Positions 15,629 to 23,490 of a stretch of DNA of 43,259 bases are shown piece after piece. Position numbers and translations under genes: made by a program. The stretch is from assembly GCA_029942125.1 (NCBI GenBank), contig JAPYUB010000003.1, forward strand, positions 1-43,259, given 5' to 3'. The DNA comes from Candidatus Thalassarchaeaceae archaeon. GTDB taxonomy: Archaea > Thermoplasmatota > Poseidoniia > Poseidoniales > Thalassarchaeaceae. Positions within the stretch are counted from its first letter, which is position 1; every line of letters begins with the position of its first letter. The notes under the pieces are model-generated. The model had not been told where the DNA came from, searched no databases, and saw only the letters and a list, made by a program, of their open reading frames with translations.

Positions 15629-18268
15629 ATGGCCAAGGGACCTGGCATGCTCGACCAGTATGCGGAGATTAAGGCTAACCACCCAGACACCATCCTTTTC
15701 TTCCGAATGGGTGATTTCTACGAGATGTTCTACGATGATGCCGTTACAGCCTCCGAGGTCTTAGGAATCACGCTTACAAGCCGGGACAAAAGCAGCGATA
15801 ATCCAGTTCCCATGGCCGGTGTACCTTGGCATTCTGTTGAAGGTTATCTGCAACGAATGCTGAGGTCAGGATACAAGGTAACGTTGTGTGAACAAGCTGA
15901 GGAATTGCAACCTGGAGAGAAGATTCTACGGCGTGTAGTGGCCCGTGTTTACACACCCGGTTCGCTGTATGAAGAGGAGTTGATTGGTGAAGATGGCAGT
16001 GCTCTGTTGGCTGCTGTTGTTCTCAAGGGAGACAGCCTTGGAATTGCCGTAATGGATCCTTCCAGTGGCCGCGCCTCATCCACTGAATTTGAGGGTGAAG
16101 GTCGTTTTGAACGGCTTCGAGATGAATTGCTTCGATGGGGGCCACGAGAGGTTGTCATGCATGGTCGAGACGCCAAACATGAGTCCATGCTTCGTGTTCT
16201 TCGGGACATCGATGGTTTGGTTCTCAGCATTCATGACTTGCCAAGTAAAGGTCGATTGGAAGCTCTGAGAAATGTCTTGAAGATGAGTGATCTCGGTAGC
16301 CTTGATCTCGACAGTCGTCCTTTGGCCATGGAGGCCGCTGGGCTAGCAACCGGTTATTTGTCGAAATTACACTTGGTCGATGCCATCCCTCTACGCGAAA
16401 TTCACTTGGGTGCAGACGCAACTCACATGCTTCTGGATCAGACCACTCTGCGCAATCTCGAATTGGTGCTCACCCTGTCTGGGGAGAAGAATGGCAGTTT
16501 GTTGCAAGCGATTGATGCTACACAAACTTGGATGGGTCGCCGCTTGCTCAAAGAATGGCTTCTGCGGCCATTGATGGATATCGAACAGATTGCTGAACGA
16601 CATTCTGCTGTAGGCAGTTTGGTCAATGCGACGCGTCGGTTGAGAGAGATTCGGAACTCGCTCAAAGCAATGCGAGATTTGGAACGCTTGTCGACAAGAC
16701 TGGCTTACAATCGAGCCAATGGACGCGACCTGTTGGCCATCTGCGATTGTCTCTCAAGGATGCCAGCCCTGCAATCATTGCTTCAGGAATCGGATGATGT
16801 TCTGCTCAATACCTGTGCAGACGGATTGGTCGATCTTGAATCCCTCAAGGAGCGAATCGAAGACGCCTTACTTCCAGAGCAACCGGCGCTGATACGAGAG
16901 GGGAGATTGTTCAGGCCAGGATACGATGAGAAATTAGACGACCTTCGAACCAAGGCTGGAAAGGGAACAACTTGGCTGTCTGAATTCGAGGCGTCACAGA
17001 GAGAGAACCTCGACATTCCCAGTTTGAAGGTCAAGTACAATCGGCAATTCGGATATTTCATCGAGGTCACTAAGACTCATATTGACAAGGTACCTGAAGA
17101 TTGGATTCGTCGCCAGACGATGACCAATGCCGAGCGTTATGTCACAACCGAACTGAAAGAGTGGGAAGAGGTCATTCTGACTGCCGACAGTCGAGCCAAC
17201 GCGATTGAATTCAAACTCTTTTGCACTCTTCGCGACGAAGTCAAAGAGGTCACATCTACTCTATCTTCAATTGCGCGAAAAATATCTACCGTCGATGTTC
17301 TATCCTCGTTTGCACACCACGCTCGTCAGCGTTCATGGTGTCGTCCAGAAATATTAGACAGTGATCGCCTCGACATTTCTGGAGCCCGTCATCCGGTCCT
17401 TGAGGACGATGGGCGTTTTGTTCCAAACGATGTCAGATTCGATGCGAAGCGTCGATTCTTACTACTGACTGGGCCAAACATGGGTGGGAAATCAACCTAT
17501 CTTCGAACCTGTGCTTTAATTTCCATATTGGCCCAAGCAGGGTCCTACGTTCCTGCAAGCAAAGCCCGCATTGGTTTGGTTGACCGGGTGTTCACCCGAG
17601 TCGGCGCTCATGATGATCTTCGACGTGGCCGCTCGACTTTCATGATGGAGATGATTGAAGTGGCTCACATCCTCCGTCGAGCCACACCCAATAGTCTGGT
17701 TTTACTCGATGAGATTGGGCGCGGAACATCGACATTTGATGGACTAGCCATAGCTTGGTCCGTGACCGAAGATATCGCTCGTAGAGTTGGATGTCGAACA
17801 TTGTTCGCCACACATTATCATCAGTTGGTTGGCCTTGCAGAAGAAGTCCCAGGGTTGTACAACATCCACGTTCAAGTTGCGGATACTGACGGTGAAATTG
17901 CCTTCTTGCATACAATCGCTGAAGGACCATGTGATGATTCATACGGAGTTCAAGTGGCAGGACTTGCAGGTTTACCCAGCGCGGTTGTCGAAAGAGCCCG
18001 AGACTTGTTGCTGTTCCTTGAATCCCAAGCCCAAGGCGCACGGGCTGGAGAGGGAGGCGTACCGCTCTCTAGAGAGACCGGGCAATCATCTTTGTTCGGT
18101 GGTTGGAGTCAGAGGCCAGCGCCTGCCCGCATCGTCGAGAAAGAATCCGAAGTTGAGAAGCGCCTTGCTGAAATCGACCCGGATATGTTGAGTCCCCGCG
18201 ATGCGATGGATCTCATTTACGAATTGCGTGGAATGCTGCAGAGTACACACGAGTGGTTGGAGGAGTAA
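15629..18268 (+). CDS. mutS: DNA mismatch repair protein MutS (bacterial MutS1 type)
   Basis: ATG at 15629 gives MAKGPGMLDQYAEIKANHPDTILFFRMGDFYEMF. Walker A GPNMGGKST, plus LLDEIGRGTSTFDG and ATHYH. Confidence 0.95.
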   Translation: MAKGPGMLDQYAEIKANHPDTILFFRMGDFYEMFYDDAVTASEVLGITLTSRDKSSDNPVPMAGVPWHSVEGYLQRMLRSGYKVTLCEQAEELQPGEKILRRVVARVYTPGSLYEEELIGEDGSALLAAVVLKGDSLGIAVMDPSSGRASSTEFEGEGRFERLRDELLRWGPREVVMHGRDAKHESMLRVLRDIDGLVLSIHDLPSKGRLEALRNVLKMSDLGSLDLDSRPLAMEAAGLATGYLSKLHLVDAIPLREIHLGADATHMLLDQTTLRNLELVLTLSGEKNGSLLQAIDATQTWMGRRLLKEWLLRPLMDIEQIAERHSAVGSLVNATRRLREIRNSLKAMRDLERLSTRLAYNRANGRDLLAICDCLSRMPALQSLLQESDDVLLNTCADGLVDLESLKERIEDALLPEQPALIREGRLFRPGYDEKLDDLRTKAGKGTTWLSEFEASQRENLDIPSLKVKYNRQFGYFIEVTKTHIDKVPEDWIRRQTMTNAERYVTTELKEWEEVILTADSRANAIEFKLFCTLRDEVKEVTSTLSSIARKISTVDVLSSFAHHARQRSWCRPEILDSDRLDISGARHPVLEDDGRFVPNDVRFDAKRRFLLLTGPNMGGKSTYLRTCALISILAQAGSYVPASKARIGLVDRVFTRVGAHDDLRRGRSTFMMEMIEVAHILRRATPNSLVLLDEIGRGTSTFDGLAIAWSVTEDIARRVGCRTLFATHYHQLVGLAEEVPGLYNIHVQVADTDGEIAFLHTIAEGPCDDSYGVQVAGLAGLPSAVVERARDLLLFLESQAQGARAGEGGVPLSRETGQSSLFGGWSQRPAPARIVEKESEVEKRLAEIDPDMLSPRDAMDLIYELRGMLQSTHEWLEE

Positions 18269-18269
18269 C

Positions 18270-20198
18270 ATGGCAGTCACGACCGAGAATCGTCGCCCCA
18301 TCCAACAACTGGATGATGATACTATTGGCCACATTGCGGCGGGTGAAGTTGTCGAGCGCCCCGCTCAAGTGGTCAAGGAATTGGTTGAGAACAGCATTGA
18401 TGCGGGTTCCACCCGAATTCGTGTTGAAATAGAGAGGGGTGGTTTTGATCTAATTTCTGTCATCGATGACGGTAGCGGAATTCCCGCTGAAGAATTGGAA
18501 TTGGCTGTGACTCGACACGCCACTAGCAAACTTGCGACAGCAACAGATCTCAGTGCCATTCACACACTCGGATTCCGCGGTGAAGCATTGGCTAGCATAG
18601 GCATGGTTAGCGGTCTCAAGGTGGCCAGTCGAACAGAGAATTCGGAAGGAATGCGAATTACCGTTGATGATGGTGTGAAGGGTACATTGGAACCGGCTGG
18701 AATTGCACCTGGTACAGTGATTGAAGTTTGCAATCTGTTCGAAAATATTCCGGCTCGTCTTTCCTTCCAGAAGCGTCCTTCGACAGAATCTGCTGCTATC
18801 GTTGACATCGTGGTATCTCAGGCTCTTTGCAATCCATCCATCGGTTTCACAGTCAGTGTCGATGGCCGTAATGTTCTCGAAACACCTCCCAGTGTACAAA
18901 TGTCAGATCGCCTGTTCGATTTAATCGGCTCCCCGGCGGAGAGATTGGTTCCTCTGCATTGTTCGGATGAGGATGCCGAAGCCCCTGGGGATGAACACTG
19001 GACCGGTTGGATTTCCCCTCCTAATCTGACGCGTTCCAAAAATGATGAAATCCATGTTATCATCAATGGTCGGCCCGTAGCAGCATCCCCCTTCAATCAG
19101 GCGATTCGCAGAGGTTATCACACTCGCTTGATGGTGGGTCGACACCCCATCTGTGTAATTAGACTAAATTTACCACCTGATGAGGTTGATGTCAACGTTC
19201 ACCCAACCAAGCGCGAAGTCCGATTAAAGCATTCATGGCGAGTACTAGAACGACTTGAACGGGCCATCAAGCACACGTTATTGCAATTGCCAACCGGCTC
19301 GATGATGCCTGATTCAAGTCCTATAGAGGCCGTCTCGTCCATCGTAGATTCACCAGTGCAATCAGATACACCACTCCCTGTATGGGCTGAAACTGCCCAG
19401 ACTAGAATCACCTATGCTGGCCCTGTTGAGAAAGTAGTTTCCAAACCTGAAATTAGAGTGAGTGAATCCCCACTTACACAAACGACACTTCCGAACTTGG
19501 GCATCGAAGAGATTGCCCCAGCACTTTCGAGTGCGGAAAGAGACCTTCACCGATGGTGCTCAGGAGAGGAAAGTGTTTCACCGCTGAATGAACCTGAAGC
19601 CAGCCCCCTTGATCTTGAGATTACTGATGTTCCTGAAATGGTCCCCCTGTCTCAATTCGCGGATTCATACATTCTTGCCCAAGGAGCTGATGAATTGTTC
19701 ATCATAGATCAGCATGCGTTGCACGAGCGCGTCCGATACGAGCGCCTTAGAACTGACATGGCTTCTTGGGATAGTCAGGAACTAGTTTCTGCCCTTCCAT
19801 TGGCATTGAGTACTGCCAAATCTGAAATTCTGCGTGGAAATGAATCTCGATTGAATGAACTGGGTTTCTCCTTCGATTCAGATCTCAATCTCACGGCGGT
19901 TCCACAAATTCTGCTTGGTAGCGACAAACTCGAAGGATTCCTCTCCGATGTATTGTCCGAACTTGAAACCGGAGCCCAACGCCTAGACACTGTCGAGAGC
20001 CTTGCCGATGAAGTGGCTTTCATGAAATCCTGTCGAGGGGCCGTCAAAGCCAATCAGAAACTATCACTCCCTGAGATGCGGCGCCTTCTCTCAGACATGC
20101 AAACCATCTCTAATCCGTGGGCTTGTGTTCATGGGCGTCCCACTGTGCTGCGAATGAGTCACAATCGTTTGGATGGACATTTCGGCCGTCATGGCTGA
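18270..20198 (+). CDS. mutL: DNA mismatch repair protein MutL (endonuclease-motif type)
   Basis: ATG at 18270, 1 nt after the mutS stop. IAAGEVVERPAQVVKELVENSIDAG, GFRGEAL, DQHALHERVRYE (DQHAxxExxxxE) and CVHGRP. Confidence 0.95.
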   Translation: MAVTTENRRPIQQLDDDTIGHIAAGEVVERPAQVVKELVENSIDAGSTRIRVEIERGGFDLISVIDDGSGIPAEELELAVTRHATSKLATATDLSAIHTLGFRGEALASIGMVSGLKVASRTENSEGMRITVDDGVKGTLEPAGIAPGTVIEVCNLFENIPARLSFQKRPSTESAAIVDIVVSQALCNPSIGFTVSVDGRNVLETPPSVQMSDRLFDLIGSPAERLVPLHCSDEDAEAPGDEHWTGWISPPNLTRSKNDEIHVIINGRPVAASPFNQAIRRGYHTRLMVGRHPICVIRLNLPPDEVDVNVHPTKREVRLKHSWRVLERLERAIKHTLLQLPTGSMMPDSSPIEAVSSIVDSPVQSDTPLPVWAETAQTRITYAGPVEKVVSKPEIRVSESPLTQTTLPNLGIEEIAPALSSAERDLHRWCSGEESVSPLNEPEASPLDLEITDVPEMVPLSQFADSYILAQGADELFIIDQHALHERVRYERLRTDMASWDSQELVSALPLALSTAKSEILRGNESRLNELGFSFDSDLNLTAVPQILLGSDKLEGFLSDVLSELETGAQRLDTVESLADEVAFMKSCRGAVKANQKLSLPEMRRLLSDMQTISNPWACVHGRPTVLRMSHNRLDGHFGRHG

Positions 20199-21457
20199 AT
20201 GAAATTGAGAAATGTTGGGAACGACACCTTGTGTAGAGAAGCGCCTTCAATCTCAGCTCCGACCTTGGTTGCCAAGATTACGGCCGTCATTTGCATTCGA
20301 TGATCACCGAATGTGGGTACGATATGGAGGGGGGCGGTTGGATTTTGACCGCCAGAGATTCTCAATCCATCAGTTGTAGCTTCAACTTCAATGGAGTATG
20401 CCGTCAACATCTCCACTGTTCGCCCAATTCTATTGGATTCCTTAAACTGGGCATGGCTTGCCCCTATGATTACCCCTCCTCCTCCAATCGCCATTGCCGC
20501 CGCTAGAGGCGTAATCAAATCATTCGCATCTCGGAGATCAATTGTTTGTGAATCGAAGAGATTCAGTCCCTTCAGAACTTCTGCTCCGAGAGAATCTTCA
20601 ACGTTTACAACGGGACATTCAACCGTTGTATGGTGGAGCATTTCGTACAATTTCCATAAGGTGATATGGGAAGCATCAGCCGGAATCTGTACCTGATTTG
20701 GAGGCGTGCATTGCCAAGGTCTCAAAATCGCATCGTCCATGTTGTTCGTCGAACCACATTTGGCTGCAAGTGAAAAAGAGAGTTCGGCATGCTTTCGACT
20801 CACAAGTTCTCCCTCTTTAATCAGATTCAATGATTTTATTCTTGCTGGCATCGATAGAACGAGGGCCGACAGATGTTGACTGGTTTTGTTAATATCTAGG
20901 GTCAGTGAATCTAAGGTGATTGGACCTTTGATTCTCATTGGTAAATTTCGCTCGTCAGAATAAAACTCGACTTCAAGTTCTAGAGACCTCCAGAAATCGC
21001 GGTCGATCCTCGGCCCTAGGGTCGCATCTCCATCGATGGTAATCCATTCACCGATTCGAGTCGCGGCGATTGATAGCAATCTAAGCGCAGTTCCTGAATT
21101 TTTAAAATCGAGTGCCTCGATTGGATGATTGAATCCATTCACACCGACTCCGTGTACGGTCCAAGTATCATTTCCAATATCGATTACAACCCCCAGTTCA
21201 ATCAATGCATCGCGCATTGCACAGGCATCTTGAGAAGCCCCCTCAATCCCGCGGATTTCGACTGAATTATCACCTTGAGATGCTAACAACAGCCAACGAA
21301 TCAAGTGACTTTTGGATGGAGGTAAGCCCCCTATTGTAACCAATGAAATCGTTGCTGGGATCGAAAGAGTCCCATGCTGTGTCGGAGAATCCACACCCTG
21401 CGGACTCGGGCAAACCCCATCATTCCGTCGCTGGCAGGGGCATGGCTGCCAACTCAT
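20189..21457 (-). CDS. aroA: 3-phosphoshikimate 1-carboxyvinyltransferase (EPSP synthase)
   Basis: GGLPPSKSHLIRWLLLAS, NSGTALRLL and a two-domain length. The start is uncertain: ATG 21457, GTG 21394 (no overlap with the pilin gene) or the track start 21538. Confidence 0.8.
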   Translation of the reverse strand: MSWQPCPCQRRNDGVCPSPQGVDSPTQHGTLSIPATISLVTIGGLPPSKSHLIRWLLLASQGDNSVEIRGIEGASQDACAMRDALIELGVVIDIGNDTWTVHGVGVNGFNHPIEALDFKNSGTALRLLSIAATRIGEWITIDGDATLGPRIDRDFWRSLELEVEFYSDERNLPMRIKGPITLDSLTLDINKTSQHLSALVLSMPARIKSLNLIKEGELVSRKHAELSFSLAAKCGSTNNMDDAILRPWQCTPPNQVQIPADASHITLWKLYEMLHHTTVECPVVNVEDSLGAEVLKGLNLFDSQTIDLRDANDLITPLAAAMAIGGGGVIIGASHAQFKESNRIGRTVEMLTAYSIEVEATTDGLRISGGQNPTAPLHIVPTFGDHRMQMTAVILATKVGAEIEGASLHKVSFPTFLNFIQP

Positions 21458-21917
21458 TCGTTCCCGATGTTCCTTGGGAACGGACGAACATGGTCCAGCC
21501 TCCTTCTTCTGTTCCTGCGGCTGTGGCATTGATGACAAAATAATCTCCTCTATTCACAGTGAACGAGGCGTCTCGATCGTGGAAAGTTACGGTTTCTCCA
21601 ACGGAACCGTAGACATTGGCATCGTTGACATGACCGGTAATGCTTGAGGCATTGATGCCCGCTGGAGGGACTATTGAGAACGACACACTCGAAGTGTGCA
21701 GGTTCTGCGATAATTCTGTGAATCGTACCACTTGGAATCCATTGTCCAAGGCTCTGACACTCATGGTTGCATAGGGTGCTCCTTTGTCAGGTGCCCCTAC
21801 GGCATCATCGATCATGAGATAGGCTGCACTTGCCAATAGGACTGTAATAGCCATCAACAAAACGGTAGCAATCACGGGGCTCACCGCCTCATCCTCGCAG
21901 ACCCGCTCGCGTCTCAT
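21420..21917 (-). CDS. Archaeal type IV pilin-like protein (class III signal peptide, DUF1628-like)
   Basis: ATG at 21917 gives MRRERVCEDEAVSPVIATVLLMAITVLLASAAYL. The SPVI(a/g)xxLmvAITV hydrophobic N-terminus is diagnostic of archaeal pilin/archaellin-like prepilins. Confidence 0.65.
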   Translation of the reverse strand: MRRERVCEDEAVSPVIATVLLMAITVLLASAAYLMIDDAVGAPDKGAPYATMSVRALDNGFQVVRFTELSQNLHTSSVSFSIVPPAGINASSITGHVNDANVYGSVGETVTFHDRDASFTVNRGDYFVINATAAGTEEGGWTMFVRSQGTSGTNELAAMPLPATE

Positions 21918-22009
21918 CGGCCACCGAAGGTAGCCTGTAACGTGTAAATACACCGGCAATGAATCTCAGAAAAAAGGCCAGAATTGAACTCAAACACAGT
22001 CGCCAAGGA

Positions 22010-22156
22010 TCAAACTCTGGTTTCCTTGCTCTTGAGCCGAAGGCCCTTGTAGCTGCATTTGCGGCAACGCTTCGCACGTAGCGCATTACGTGCATTGCAT
22101 TTCATGCAAATTCTCACACCAAGAAGGCGTGCTTCAGCCTCAGGGAATCGTGCCAT
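22010..22156 (-). CDS. rpl40e: 50S ribosomal protein L40e
   Basis: Not in the ORF track because it is only 48 aa. Hand translation: [48 protein letters not shown]. It has the L40e N-terminus and a CxxC..CxxC zinc ribbon. Confidence 0.85.
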   Translation of the reverse strand: MARFPEAEARLLGVRICMKCNARNALRAKRCRKCSYKGLRLKSKETRV

Positions 22157-22178
22157 GAGCCCGCCGAACTGCTCCCTC

Positions 22179-22186
22179 TATTTAAT
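22179..22186 (-). promoter_or_regulatory. TATA-box-like element for rpl40e
   Basis: The minus strand reads ATTAAATA, centred about 26 nt upstream of the rpl40e ATG. This suggests a leaderless or near-leaderless transcript. Confidence 0.4.
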
Positions 22187-22202
22187 CGGCGTGGAAATTA
22201 GG

Positions 22203-22219
22203 CGCCCCCATAGGGGGCG
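22203..22219. promoter_or_regulatory. GC palindrome CGCCCCC-ATA-GGGGGCG
   Basis: Perfect 7+3+7 inverted repeat between rpl40e and the MBL gene. It is near-identical to 27893..27912. Confidence 0.4.
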
Positions 22220-22269
22220 GCTGCACCGTCATCGTCTTGGGTCGTGAACGCTTCCCTTGGTCTGTTCCC

Positions 22270-23016
22270 ATGCGACTTGAGCGACTGCCTGGAATTCACC
22301 ATGATTCGGCATGTATTGTTGTCTCGGGTACCGAATCGACCGTCATCATCGATTCTGGAACTTCTTGGCATCAATCGAATCTGGTTGAGCGCTTGCAACC
22401 TCACCTTGAAGGCCGTGCATCCGTCGAAGCTATCCTTCTGACCCACAGGCACTTCGATTCATGTGGAGCTGCCCCTCACTTAGCACAGCAATTCAATGCG
22501 ACAATCAAGGTTCACGAAGACGCTGTTGCACCCCTCGCAGGTGGCGATTTGTTCACCACTTGGGCCAGTCGTTATGATTCGGATATGCCACCCATTGATG
22601 CGCAGGGATTTTCTGACGGCGATCAGATTTCTCTTGGTGATGTCACCCTCCAAGTACTGCATACTCCTGGACATACCATGGATGCTTGTTGCTTCCACAT
22701 TCCGGAGAAAGACGCAGTCATCTGTGGAGATCTCGTGCCGGCGGCCGGCCATCCATCACGAGCGGATATGCCCACAGGCAATCTAGTTGCAATGAAAGAA
22801 AGTCTGGAACGAGTCCGTGACCTGTCTCCTAATCTGTTGGTCTGTGGAAGGGGTGAGGCGATTTCTGGTTCTGATATTTGTGCTGATGTTCTAAACAAAC
22901 ACATAGAATCCGTTAAACTTCGAATCGAAGGGAAAGGAGAATTGCCGAGTGGTTGGCCCAAGCCGGCCGAAACTTGCCACTGGTTAACTCCTGAACCTGC
23001 ATGGTCATTCCAATGA
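22270..23016 (+). CDS. MBL-fold metallo-hydrolase
   Basis: ILLTHRHFDSCG (a variant of HxHxDH) and LHTPGHT. ATG at 22270 is preferred over the track TTG at 22237. Confidence 0.75.
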   Translation: MRLERLPGIHHDSACIVVSGTESTVIIDSGTSWHQSNLVERLQPHLEGRASVEAILLTHRHFDSCGAAPHLAQQFNATIKVHEDAVAPLAGGDLFTTWASRYDSDMPPIDAQGFSDGDQISLGDVTLQVLHTPGHTMDACCFHIPEKDAVICGDLVPAAGHPSRADMPTGNLVAMKESLERVRDLSPNLLVCGRGEAISGSDICADVLNKHIESVKLRIEGKGELPSGWPKPAETCHWLTPEPAWSFQ

Positions 23017-23047
23017 ATTGATTCACAGGGAGCCTTTCCCCGTCAAC

Positions 23048-23161
23048 ATGCCGTGGTGGGGTTGGCTAATTTGGGCATTTTTAATCTTCTTCGGAATTAA
23101 CTTGGCAAGAGATTTGTGGGACATCATCACTTACAACATTGATCGATTTAGAAATCGATGA
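23048..23161 (+). CDS. Possible 37-aa Trp-rich single-TM micropeptide
   Basis: Hand translation: MPWWGWLIWAFLIFFGINLARDLWDIITYNIDRFRNR. It fills the gap between the MBL gene and the convergent minus-strand gene. No convincing RBS. Confidence 0.25.
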   Translation: MPWWGWLIWAFLIFFGINLARDLWDIITYNIDRFRNR

Positions 23162-23449
23162 TTACCAAGTTTGGCTCTCATCGTCCTTCTTCTCTTTCTT
23201 GTAATGACGATAGTGGGGTTTACAGATTTGAAGTCGACGAGATTCACCCACCAATTCTTCATCCTCCCAGACCTCAGCGAGATTGTCGAATGCAATGCTG
23301 CGGCCACCATGGCTCTTGTCAGCCCAATTATCACATCCCTTGATTGCACAAGGCTTCTCTCCATCTGGCAAGTCTCTACTTCGGCGCTTTCGCCCATCAT
23401 CTTTGCCAGCACCTTGCTTGGCTTTGCGTGCCTTCGCCTTGAATCCCAT
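23162..23449 (-). CDS. Small basic protein with possible zinc-binding Cys/His pairs
   Basis: MGFKAKARKAKQG..., then C-x4-C (CAIKGC) and C-x2-H (CKPH). Lys/Arg-rich at both ends. Lies downstream of purA on the same strand. Family not recognised. Confidence 0.4.
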   Translation of the reverse strand: MGFKAKARKAKQGAGKDDGRKRRSRDLPDGEKPCAIKGCDNWADKSHGGRSIAFDNLAEVWEDEELVGESRRLQICKPHYRHYKKEKKDDESQTW

Positions 23450-23490
23450 GACCTTCACTCCTTGGCACTCCTACTTGACCCCGTCGATAT

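Noticed and set aside
21889-22095. 68-aa minus-strand ORF from the track
   Set aside because: It is out of frame with, and largely covered by, the L40e gene (22010..22156), whose translation is recognisable.
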